NCBI GenBank assembly: GCA_016206175.1
Contig: JACQSB010000028.1
Span: 2,313 to 66,312, forward strand
DNA from: Candidatus Uhrbacteria bacterium
GTDB taxonomy: Bacteria; Patescibacteriota; Patescibacteriia; JACQRZ01
Direction of reading: 5' to 3'
DNA: 64,000 nucleotides
A program made the position numbers and the translations under genes. The notes under the pieces are model-generated. The model had not been told where the DNA came from. It was given only the letters and a program-made list of their open reading frames with translations, and made no database searches. Below, in pieces: positions 10,020 through 18,540 of this stretch (position 1 is its first letter; the number at the start of each line of letters is the position of its first letter).

Positions 10020-10789
10020 CAAAGATTATTGTTCTTGGCTCATCAGCTGCGTTTCCTTTGCCGCGTACGGTGACAAACCGATTTGACGATTATTCTTTCA
10101 TCACGACGTATCAAAAAAAATTTGCACTCCATGATGATGCGGTGTGTCATGCTGCAAAACACGGCGGTAAGAATCACCGTACGCGGTCATGCATCGCGTT
10201 GCTTCATGGCCGTACGACGATTCTCTTTGATGCGGGACCTGATATTGTATATCAGCTGAAGCGACAGAATATCCGCCGTCCCCGCGCCGTCTTTATCACG
10301 CACGATCATCTCGACGCATGCGCGGGACTTGATCAGGTACCTTCCTCCATAGCGGTATACAGCGAAAAAAGAAAAACATTCACGCCCGGCACGGTATCTC
10401 TCATCCGGGATATAGAAATCCTGCCATTTCGAGTCGTGCATTCCAAGACAGCGCCGGCTGTTGGATTTTGTGTCAGCGTGCCGAGGAAAGGCAAACGTCC
10501 TTTTCGGTTTGTCTATGCCACTGATATGGCGTCTTTGAAAGGCGCGAAACAGTATTTTCAGAAAGCCGACATTGTCTTTGCTGACGGCTCAATCCTGCGT
10601 CGTAATCTGCCGGGGCATGCATCCATCACGCGTCAGCTTCGATGGTACAAGCAATGGCGTCTCAAAAAAGTCATCTTTACCCATATCGGCCATCGTACAT
10701 TGCCGCATGAGGAGTTGCGACGATATCTACAGCGCGCGTATCCTTGCACCGATGTCGCTTACGACGGCATGAAGATAGCGATACGATAA
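10016..10789 (+). CDS. MBL-fold metallo-hydrolase
   Basis: HxHxDH motif (ITHDHLDA) plus downstream His/Asp ligands. ATGA overlap with the previous gene. Confidence 0.7.
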   Translation: MTKIIVLGSSAAFPLPRTVTNRFDDYSFITTYQKKFALHDDAVCHAAKHGGKNHRTRSCIALLHGRTTILFDAGPDIVYQLKRQNIRRPRAVFITHDHLDACAGLDQVPSSIAVYSEKRKTFTPGTVSLIRDIEILPFRVVHSKTAPAVGFCVSVPRKGKRPFRFVYATDMASLKGAKQYFQKADIVFADGSILRRNLPGHASITRQLRWYKQWRLKKVIFTHIGHRTLPHEELRRYLQRAYPCTDVAYDGMKIAIR

Positions 10790-10817
10790 AAGGCTCCGTT
10801 GGTGCGGAGCCTTTTTG
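10788..10817 (+). terminator. Rho-independent terminator
   Basis: GGCTCCG (10792-10798) and CGGAGCC (10805-10811) form a hairpin followed by TTTTT, between convergent genes. Confidence 0.6.
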
Positions 10818-10886
10818 GATCTCTCGTGATCGCTACTCTTCTTTCACCGAAAGTTTTTTCGGCTGCGATTTTGCCACTTTTCCGCA

Positions 10887-11834
10887 TCAGACAGGATTCA
10901 GCAATTTCGCAAAAACGCCCTTTGCAGTGATTAACCTATTTTTTGCTTGCCGATATACGAGCGAACAGCTGGAATCAATGATTTCATCCGTCACTTCCAC
11001 GCCGCGATGCGCGGGAAGACAATGCATGAAGTATGATTTTTTTTCAGTCGCTGCCATCAGATTTTTATTGACCTGATATCCTTCAAACGACGCGATCTTC
11101 TTGTCATAGGAATCTTCTTCGCCCATTGAGACGAACGTATCCGTATATATCACGTCCGCGCCGCGCACAGCGGCAAGCGGATCGTGCGTGATCATGATTG
11201 CCCCGGCGTGCCTTGATGCGAGGCGTTGGAAATGTGTTTGCTGTTCCGGAGAAAACGAATACGCGGCAGGAGAGGCAAATCGCATGTCGTATCCAAACAG
11301 AAGCAGCACCTCGATAAGCGAAAACGCTACATTATTGGCATCGCCGACAAATGCAACCGCACACGGAGACGATCCGAATGTCTCGCGAATCGTAAGCAGG
11401 TCGGCGAGCGCTTGCAAAGGATGATGGCGGTCGCTCAACGCGTTGATTACGGGAATGTCGGATTGAGAAGCTATCTCGAGTAATGTTTCATGGGAATACA
11501 CTCGCGCGAAAATCGCATCGCACCATTGCGAAACATTTTTGACGGTGTCTTTCAGAGCTTCTCGTCCCTCCAGCTTTGAATCGCCCGCTGAAGAAAAAAG
11601 AATTTTCCCACCGAAAAAATTTTCCGGCCTGACATGGATGATATCCCCGCCGAGATGATGAATGGCCACTTGAGCGGTGACAACCGTACGCAACGACGGT
11701 TTTTCAAAGGAACACAGGACCGACTTTCCCGTAAGTAATCGCACAGGAGAACGATGCAGAGAAACACCGAGAGCCAGTATATCCTCAATTTGTTTCTTTG
11801 TCAGATCGCTGATCGCAAGAAGATTGTCTTTCAT
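10887..11834 (-). CDS. argF: Ornithine carbamoyltransferase
   Basis: SLRT (an STRTR variant), HPLQALAD, DTFVSMGEE and HCLPAHRG motifs. The start is placed at the internal ATG 11834 (MKDNLLAISDL). Confidence 0.8.
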   Translation of the reverse strand: MKDNLLAISDLTKKQIEDILALGVSLHRSPVRLLTGKSVLCSFEKPSLRTVVTAQVAIHHLGGDIIHVRPENFFGGKILFSSAGDSKLEGREALKDTVKNVSQWCDAIFARVYSHETLLEIASQSDIPVINALSDRHHPLQALADLLTIRETFGSSPCAVAFVGDANNVAFSLIEVLLLFGYDMRFASPAAYSFSPEQQTHFQRLASRHAGAIMITHDPLAAVRGADVIYTDTFVSMGEEDSYDKKIASFEGYQVNKNLMAATEKKSYFMHCLPAHRGVEVTDEIIDSSCSLVYRQAKNRLITAKGVFAKLLNPV

Positions 11835-11844
11835 ACAGGTATAT

Positions 11845-12180
11845 TCACGAATTAAAAAACTCTCGTTCCAACCCATCAGCAATACCAATGCTGATGAAGG
11901 AGCGAGAGTTTTCGCGGTACCATCCTTCTTTTCTCATGTCCTTGCGGACAAGAGCTCTGTCAGTGCGTCCCCAGAACGGAGCTACACCGCTCGCGCATGA
12001 TAACGGACGCGTGCCGGCGACGCCTACTTGTCTTGCGATATTATTCGCGAGACTTTCTTCGGCTGCTACCTTTTTAGGAGGCGCGTTCAGAATACTTTGT
12101 GTCATCGGGCTTGCACCATCCCCGATTCGCTTGCCTCGTTTCGCCCCCCCCAGATGCGGGACGAGCATGGCTTTGATCAC
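11845..12180 (-). CDS. Possible small ORF (111 aa, GTG start) or non-coding structured region upstream of argF
   Basis: The ORF ends 10 nt before the argF ATG, but it has no recognisable family, a low-complexity feel and several internal hairpins. Status is unresolved. Confidence 0.25.
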   Translation of the reverse strand: MIKAMLVPHLGGAKRGKRIGDGASPMTQSILNAPPKKVAAEESLANNIARQVGVAGTRPLSCASGVAPFWGRTDRALVRKDMRKEGWYRENSRSFISIGIADGLEREFFNS

Positions 12181-12306
12181 TACGGCATTCCTACTATTCC
12201 TCTTGGTATTTCATTTTGTGGTACATGTACAACGAACGGTATCATACCAAAAAGAATATAGGCGTCAATAGCAGAAGACGTATTCATAAAAAAGTGAGGC
12301 CGGTCG

Positions 12307-12543
12307 CTAGACGCGCCGGCCGATAGGGGAAATGGAGCCAAGGAAAGAACCGGTGATCGTTGGCCGAAACGGCCAGGATCTCGCGAGCGGCAGGCCGCTC
12401 TCCTTCGAGATAGCGATCATGCGGAACAAACCCTGGTCGTCTGGTACACTCTGAATTATGCAGTTCTCGATCGCGACACCGTGGTCGCGCACCTGACGGA
12501 CGACTTCTTGCAGAGCTTCACCTTGCGGATCGATGTTGGCCAT
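12307..12543 (-). CDS. Hypothetical 78-aa protein (GC-richer orphan)
   Basis: The internal ATG 12543 is preceded by AAAGGAGA. No family was recognised. Confidence 0.45.
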   Translation of the reverse strand: MANIDPQGEALQEVVRQVRDHGVAIENCIIQSVPDDQGLFRMIAISKESGLPLARSWPFRPTITGSFLGSISPIGRRV

Positions 12544-12664
12544 TTTGCCATCTCCTTTCTTATGTTGAGCGCCATTCCGAGCAGAGCGAGACATCCCATA
12601 TTTTGAGCGGGATCTCTCGATTTGCTCGGCATGACGCATTTCACTGAAATGACAATAAAAAAGA

Positions 12665-12698
12665 ACAAAACAACCCCCGTTGCGCGAGGGTTGTTTTA
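12665..12698 (-). terminator. Strong rho-independent terminator (minus strand)
   Basis: The minus strand reads AAACAACCCTC-GCGCAAC-GGGGGTTGTTT followed by a T-rich run (TGTTCTTTTTTT). Confidence 0.65.
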
Positions 12699-12720
12699 TG
12701 CTTTTGTATTTCTTGTTTAT

Positions 12721-12777
12721 CTACATAGCAAAAACCACTCCCCGCGTATCGGAGGTCATCATCATGCTCATCATCAT
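12721..12777 (-). promoter_or_regulatory. Met-codon-rich mini-ORF (MMMSMMMTSDTRGVVFAM*), candidate leader peptide
   Basis: The sequence ATGATGATGAGCATGATGATG... was read directly. The stop lies 25 nt before the terminator hairpin. No Shine-Dalgarno site is present. Confidence 0.3.
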
Positions 12778-12843
12778 TGTTGGGAAGTGAGATTGCATAC
12801 CTTTATATGTGATCAAAACTATACACCTTGTGAACACAATTTG

Positions 12844-15330
12844 TCAAGGCGATTTTCTTTCGTCAAGGTATTTGAGTCGGTGTTGTGCGGCTTGGAGCAC
12901 TCGATGATCAATCTTGTGTGGTCCTGCCGCAAGATGTCGCAAGATGTCTTTGTAAGGATCTAACAATCCATGATCGATTACATACACTCGTACATCAGAA
13001 CGCTCGCGGTCGATATCAATCGTCTCACCATCACGAACAACAGTCTTACGCGACTCTGAAAGCAGCTGTTGTACCGTTTTACGGTCAGTAGGCTTGAGTG
13101 AATTTCTCATCCATAATGCATACAACCGCGTTTCATAGCTAAATGAGTCATCGTTCATAATATGGCGGGCTACTCCTTGATTTGCTCGATCGAGGATCCT
13201 GCACGGTATCGATGAAAAAGGATCGACTGGCGGAGGAGTATCGCGCAACCGTTCGTCATCTGCATCTGCTGTCCACTGTTTCGCAAGCTGCAGGAGGTAT
13301 ATCTGGTCGGTCACATACGGCAGAAAACGCACGATTGCCGGATTCATATTATTTGTGTTTGCAAGAAGCGTGTCTATCGCTCTTTGCGCTTGTTCGTTGG
13401 TGATGATTGGCTCTTTTGATTTGCCGCTATGCCGTTCGACAAGGCGATCCAACACCGTTTCAATATCTGCAATGCCCCATTCGTATTCTTTTTGAATACG
13501 CTCTTTGAGATAGGGATCATATTCCATCACCGCGCCGGTCGAGTATCCTAACTTATCGCCGCCGCTTTCGATAATATCAAAAAGAGTCACGTATAAATAC
13601 TCATCATTCCTCGTTTGGCGCCAGAGCGACCGGCGGAGACCGATCCATTCTTCTTTTGATTGTGCAGCTGCTTGAAATATCTGTTGCAAATCATCATCAG
13701 TGAGTTTTCTGCTTTTGAGTACATCAATAAGCGTATCTGTCACTTCCGGGTCGATGTTTTGCCGCCATACTTCAATGTATACTCGAGCCAGCACAGCCGT
13801 TTCATAATTTTTAAAATATCTCACAAGATTATTACGGGAAGTATCCTTATAAACTTCCGCTATTTCCGGATCGTCGGAATAAATCTCCTGTTGTTGTTTC
13901 GCAGAATCGCGCATGATGTGGATCTGTTGAACTATCCTGCCAACAACCTCATCTCGCGCAATATTTTTCTGAACCCTTTTTTCCGCATCAGCTACAGCGA
14001 ATGCGATATCAGTCGGAGTCTGGTGGGCATCATAGTTATATATGGTAGCCCAAAGTTCTGAAACATCGGAACAAAATCTCTCGTATGCCTGTTTTGTGAC
14101 GCGGAACTCAAAGACATAAAAATGCGGGATTTTTGTCGGGTCAGAGCTTACTATTTCATGCGCGTACCGCTCAAAGCCAAGATAGCGTTCTGTCTCGCTT
14201 CGTGTCGGATCGATGTTGGTAATCTGAAACATGTCATCGCCGAATACCGCCTCGGCATAGATTTCATTCCCTTTTGGTTCAAGCATTTCAATACCGGTCC
14301 GATCGGGATAGAATGCACCATCAATGTATTTGCTGCTGCCGCGTTCCTGGTATTTGATTCCAATAAAATCTGACTTCATTGCTTGTAGTAAACTCTTAAA
14401 TCTTTCAAGCGATTTGGCGGCTACTTGTTCGCTTTCTGCTTTGAATTCCGCGAGACTTGCTTTGGATGCCGTTATAAGCTCTTTGAGGCGGCCTATCGGT
14501 ATCGACGGATACTGGAATTGTGCATGCTCTTCAGTGATCACTTCCCCATTGATGATTTTGGCATAGAGTGCCTGTCGCGCTTCCTGGATCAAGACTTCAT
14601 AGACAGATGTTGAATCCTCTTTTTTATCAGAAAAACTCTCAAGAGGATATGGCGATCCGATCTCGATACCGAATACGTTTTTCAGAAAAACAGCATCAAC
14701 CGGCGCTTTGTCGTATCTGCTAAGCCCGCTTTCATAGCGAATGTCCCCAACGACAAATGTACCGTCTCTCAATTCCGGTTGTATTTCTATCGCGGCATGA
14801 TAGATATTTGATAGTTTGTCGCCTTCTATTAAGAGCACCTTTCGTTGATACTCTGCGCCAACGAGTCCTCGGTATTCTGCATACAGGTTAAATATCAATT
14901 CCTTCAGGACGCCACGTATCACAGAAGAGTTCACTGTTTGGTTGATATCAAGCTGATATGTCCCCCATAGTTCTTCGAGTGACGCATCCTTTACATTCTC
15001 ATCTGATAAGAGTGTTGAAACATCTTTTAGAGTGCTTTCATACACTGTTTGCTTTCTGGTTGGGTCAGGAATTTCATCCATCGAATAGACATAGTCTCGA
15101 AGATATGATGCCGCATATCGAAGCACATACTCACGCGCCGCTTTCTTCAACCCTTCTGGACCTTCATATTCTTTTCTTCCTGCCGCGCCGCCGGAGTATT
15201 CCGTTGCTTCCGCCGCGGATTCCTTTCCCGAAATGCGGGAAATGACACGTCTTTTGAAAGAAGGTTCACGTCTCTGCGTTTCGCTTGATTCGTTCTTATC
15301 TTGAGGTTTGGATTGATATTCCCTTCGCAT
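12844..15330 (-). CDS. Large (828 aa) cytoplasmic hypothetical protein
   Basis: Long uninterrupted ORF with an ATG start, no signal peptide or TM segment, and mostly helical character. No known motif was recognised. Confidence 0.8.
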   Translation of the reverse strand: MRREYQSKPQDKNESSETQRREPSFKRRVISRISGKESAAEATEYSGGAAGRKEYEGPEGLKKAAREYVLRYAASYLRDYVYSMDEIPDPTRKQTVYESTLKDVSTLLSDENVKDASLEELWGTYQLDINQTVNSSVIRGVLKELIFNLYAEYRGLVGAEYQRKVLLIEGDKLSNIYHAAIEIQPELRDGTFVVGDIRYESGLSRYDKAPVDAVFLKNVFGIEIGSPYPLESFSDKKEDSTSVYEVLIQEARQALYAKIINGEVITEEHAQFQYPSIPIGRLKELITASKASLAEFKAESEQVAAKSLERFKSLLQAMKSDFIGIKYQERGSSKYIDGAFYPDRTGIEMLEPKGNEIYAEAVFGDDMFQITNIDPTRSETERYLGFERYAHEIVSSDPTKIPHFYVFEFRVTKQAYERFCSDVSELWATIYNYDAHQTPTDIAFAVADAEKRVQKNIARDEVVGRIVQQIHIMRDSAKQQQEIYSDDPEIAEVYKDTSRNNLVRYFKNYETAVLARVYIEVWRQNIDPEVTDTLIDVLKSRKLTDDDLQQIFQAAAQSKEEWIGLRRSLWRQTRNDEYLYVTLFDIIESGGDKLGYSTGAVMEYDPYLKERIQKEYEWGIADIETVLDRLVERHSGKSKEPIITNEQAQRAIDTLLANTNNMNPAIVRFLPYVTDQIYLLQLAKQWTADADDERLRDTPPPVDPFSSIPCRILDRANQGVARHIMNDDSFSYETRLYALWMRNSLKPTDRKTVQQLLSESRKTVVRDGETIDIDRERSDVRVYVIDHGLLDPYKDILRHLAAGPHKIDHRVLQAAQHRLKYLDERKSP

Positions 15331-15388
15331 ATGTTTTCATACGAAAATACTATACCTATTTCCTTTTTTGTGCTAGGTTGCAGATGCT

Positions 15389-16879
15389 ATGAATTACTCA
15401 TTCCTTGGAGACGCAAAAACAGTTGCCGTCGTGTGTAATCAATGGGGTGATACCGGTAAAGGTAAGATTATTGATTTTCTCACCCCATGGGCAGACATTG
15501 TCGCGCGGGGCACCGGCGGCGCAAACGCAGGACATACCGTATGTTACGGCGGAAAAGTATTTGTTTCTCACTTGCTTCCCTCCTCGATCTTTCATGATCG
15601 AGACGGTAAGATGAGTATCATCGGATCCGGTGTGGCATTTGATCCTCGGCAGTGCATTGACGAATTGCGTATAGTGCACTCAGGAGGCTGCACTTCAGAC
15701 CATTTGCGGATCTCGCGGCACTCAAAACTCGTGTTGCCGCAGCATATTCTCCTTGATCAGTTATCCGGCGTGCAGAGCGGTTCTGATGCGATCGGCACTA
15801 CCGGCCGTGGCATTGGTCCTGCGTATGCAGATTACTACAACCGTTGCAGCTTGTTTGTCGGCGATCTGTTTCATCGGGATACATTTGCAAAAAAGCTTCG
15901 CTTGAATCTTGAGGAAAAAATTGTTCGCCTCCGAACATACGACCGTTTACTTGTCAAACAGATTTGCAGCCAACCGCGTGTTGGAGGCGAAGCATATTTT
16001 CATCCGGAATCGATCCTCGACCAGGAAACGATCGTGGAGGAATATACCGGCTCGTTTGCTAACCAACTCCGTGATTACGTTACTGATACGCGAGAGATCA
16101 TGCATTCCGCGCTTGGCAAGAAGCGGATTTTACTCGAAGGCGCACAAGGGTATTTGTTAAGCATTGACTACGGCAGCTACCCTTACGTCACGTCGTCTGA
16201 TTGTTCCATCGAAGGGCTTGCAAAAGGCGTGGGGTTAAGCGCGAGAAATGTAGATCGTACTTTTGGCGTCGTCAAGGCATTTTATATGACTCGTGTCGGC
16301 AAAGGAGCGTTCCCAACAGAATTCGGCGGTTCTGCATCTGATGAACATTGCGCTCGTATGAATCGGGAAAAAGAAACAGAGCAGTATGGCGGTGTAACGG
16401 TCAATGACCCTGATCCTTTGCGGCAGGGCATAGCGATTCGGCTGCAGGGAGATGAATATGGCGCGACAACGGGGCGTCCTCGCCGCGTCGGATGGCTTGA
16501 CTTGCCGTTACTGCGGCAATCACTGCGGGTAAATGGCAACGATATCATCCTCACAAAACTGGATGTATTGGACGAATGTGACGAGATACAAATCTGCACC
16601 GCATATCGCTATGCCGGCGAGCAATTTTTCTTCGGGAGAGATACGATCAAGTCCGGCGAGATATTCCAAACAGTGTTTCCGGAAAACTCTTTCTTGAAAT
16701 CATGCGAACCAATCTATCAATCATTCCCGGGGTGGCTGTGCCCCACAAATAACGCGCAAACCTATGGCGATCTGCCGAGCAACATGCGCGCTATTATTGA
16801 ATTCATTGAACGTGAGACAGGGGCGGTTGTTCGAATGGTTTCGGTCGGTCCCGATCGAGAGCAGACAGTTATACGGTGA
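15389..16879 (+). CDS. purA: Adenylosuccinate synthase
   Basis: QWGDTGKGKI P-loop, GTTGRGIGPAY and the C-terminal GPDREQT region. At 496 aa it is longer than typical PurA. Confidence 0.9.
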   Translation: MNYSFLGDAKTVAVVCNQWGDTGKGKIIDFLTPWADIVARGTGGANAGHTVCYGGKVFVSHLLPSSIFHDRDGKMSIIGSGVAFDPRQCIDELRIVHSGGCTSDHLRISRHSKLVLPQHILLDQLSGVQSGSDAIGTTGRGIGPAYADYYNRCSLFVGDLFHRDTFAKKLRLNLEEKIVRLRTYDRLLVKQICSQPRVGGEAYFHPESILDQETIVEEYTGSFANQLRDYVTDTREIMHSALGKKRILLEGAQGYLLSIDYGSYPYVTSSDCSIEGLAKGVGLSARNVDRTFGVVKAFYMTRVGKGAFPTEFGGSASDEHCARMNREKETEQYGGVTVNDPDPLRQGIAIRLQGDEYGATTGRPRRVGWLDLPLLRQSLRVNGNDIILTKLDVLDECDEIQICTAYRYAGEQFFFGRDTIKSGEIFQTVFPENSFLKSCEPIYQSFPGWLCPTNNAQTYGDLPSNMRAIIEFIERETGAVVRMVSVGPDREQTVIR

Positions 16880-16919
16880 TCTTTACAGCAGTTCGTTACG
16901 CGCGTACACTTTAGCATAT

Positions 16920-17672
16920 ATGGTAAACCGAAAAAATGGCAGAAAAGCTAAAAATAATGCCCATCGCGTAGAGGAGGTCCTCGGCATAAAGCGTGGCGAA
17001 CCGGTATCACCATGGAGGATCTTTCGCATCATGGCAGAGTTCGTAAACGGCTTTGAATTTTTACAAAACTACAAAAAAGCTGTGACGATATTCGGGAGCG
17101 CGAGATTTCCAACGCAATCCCCGTACTATCATGAAGCAGAAGCCGTAGCTTACCGTCTTGCGCAAGACGGGTATGCCATCATAACCGGCGGCGGTCCAGG
17201 TATCATGGAAGCCGCGAATAAAGGCGCGGTTCGCGCCGGCGGCAAATCCGTCGGCATCAATATTCGACTTCCGTTTGAGCAGCGCATCAACAAATATGTG
17301 CAGGAATTTGAATCTTTCCGCTACTTCTTCACGCGCAAGGTAATGCTTGTCTCCGCGTCGAAACTCTATGTATTTTTTCCCGGTGGCTTTGGCACGATGG
17401 ACGAGCTGTTTGAACTTCTTACGCTTATCCAGACACGGAAGGTGACGCCGGTTCCGATCATCCTTGTCGGTAAAAAATATTGGACACCGCTCCTGCAGTG
17501 GATTGACGAAACATTCTATCGGGAGCTTCGTAGCATTGCAGAAGAAGACAGAGAGATTTACCGGCTTGTTGATACCGCTGATCAGGCGTATCGCCTTGCA
17601 AAGAAATTTCTCGGTCAAAAAAAATACGAGCCGCACAGCAATCATTGGAAAAAACGGGTATATCTCACCTGA
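16920..17672 (+). CDS. LOG-family (TIGR00730) nucleotide 5'-monophosphate nucleosidase-like protein
   Basis: GGGPGIMEAANKGA and PGGFGTMDELFE motifs. The start is placed at ATG 16920, after the purA stop. Confidence 0.85.
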   Translation: MVNRKNGRKAKNNAHRVEEVLGIKRGEPVSPWRIFRIMAEFVNGFEFLQNYKKAVTIFGSARFPTQSPYYHEAEAVAYRLAQDGYAIITGGGPGIMEAANKGAVRAGGKSVGINIRLPFEQRINKYVQEFESFRYFFTRKVMLVSASKLYVFFPGGFGTMDELFELLTLIQTRKVTPVPIILVGKKYWTPLLQWIDETFYRELRSIAEEDREIYRLVDTADQAYRLAKKFLGQKKYEPHSNHWKKRVYLT

Positions 17673-17676
17673 TCTC

Positions 17677-18540
17677 ATGGACAGCGCCTCCTCGATCACA
17701 ATCCGCGGCATTCGATACTCCTTTGTCCGCAAGCGAGAACAACAGGATATTCGGGTGTATCGGGCTCGAGGAGGATATCTTCGCATCGGCCCATCGACGT
17801 TAGTTGCAAAAGAACGTAAGCACAGTGAGGTATTGCACCGTATGCATTTTCCCGTGCCTGACATCATCTCACATGGCACGTATCGCGATCAGGGATATTT
17901 TGTTGAACGATCTATCGGGACGAGACAGTTTGGCAAGATATTTATCAGCGATTGCGAACAGAACGGCAAAATATCGGAGCAACACATGGCTTCTTTTTTG
18001 CGGATCATATCGCGGTATGCTGCCGTACAGCTTGCCGCGCAGCAGAAAAAAAAGGATTGGCGCGCTTTTGGGCAAAGTGTGCATCTGCCGATCTTGCAAA
18101 AAGAATTGCCGAATAAAAGTGCGCGCCTCCGTCGTGCCTATGCGCGTGCGGCAGAACGGTTGTCAATTTTCCCTTTTGTCGTTTCGCACGGCGATTTCAA
18201 CGCGCATAACATTTTTCCGCGAGGCGTTATCGACATGGAACATGTATGCGTTGCTCCCGCCGGATACGATTTGATAACAGTTATGACGCACATTGAGGCA
18301 TTTCCCGAAGTCCCTGGCTATGAATATCGCCGGCTCTATTCGTTCAGTCAGCACCAAAAGGATTCCTACCTCACATTCGTCGATCGCTTTTTTACCGGCG
18401 CAGGCCTTCCACCGCCCTCCGGTTACATCAAGGAATTTCGATTTTACAGGATGGTATGGTCTGCCGCGCGCATGCAGAGGCATCCGCGGTTGCAACAATG
18501 GCGCTACCGTCTCCTCGATACTGTTATGAAAGAGCTATGA
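17677..18540 (+). CDS. Aminoglycoside/choline-kinase-like phosphotransferase family protein
   Basis: HGDFNAHNIF catalytic loop followed by VIDMEHV. The start is placed at ATG 17677, just after the LOG stop. Confidence 0.6.
   Translation: MDSASSITIRGIRYSFVRKREQQDIRVYRARGGYLRIGPSTLVAKERKHSEVLHRMHFPVPDIISHGTYRDQGYFVERSIGTRQFGKIFISDCEQNGKISEQHMASFLRIISRYAAVQLAAQQKKKDWRAFGQSVHLPILQKELPNKSARLRRAYARAAERLSIFPFVVSHGDFNAHNIFPRGVIDMEHVCVAPAGYDLITVMTHIEAFPEVPGYEYRRLYSFSQHQKDSYLTFVDRFFTGAGLPPPSGYIKEFRFYRMVWSAARMQRHPRLQQWRYRLLDTVMKEL

Noticed and set aside
11850-12180. tmRNA, RNase P RNA or SRP RNA in the gap upstream of argF (G-run start, GAAGAAAGTC and AGCAGCC strings).
   Set aside because: There is no T-arm and no 5'/3' acceptor pairing. 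No P4-type long-range pairing could be found, there is no GNRA-capped SRP helix, and the reading frame does not end in a tmRNA-like tag. These are only short motif coincidences.
12622-12963. A plus-strand 113-aa ORF containing HHHAHHH, which looks like a possible His-leader.
   Set aside because: It runs antisense into the 3' end of the 828-aa gene and has no plus-strand downstream gene to regulate. The same (CAT)3GCT(CAT)3 tract makes more architectural sense on the minus strand.
16764-16919. The long N-terminal extension of the LOG-family ORF overlapping purA, and similar track extensions at 8751, 17464, 18456, 23076, 27009, 41423 and 55704.
   Set aside because: The extensions overlap the preceding gene in another frame, and conserved N-terminal family motifs begin at internal ATGs. 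Several track 'M' starts are in fact TTG or GTG codons.
17061-17879. A 272-aa minus-strand ORF.
   Set aside because: It is antisense to the LOG-family gene and the start of the kinase-like gene, both of which have strong motifs on the plus strand.
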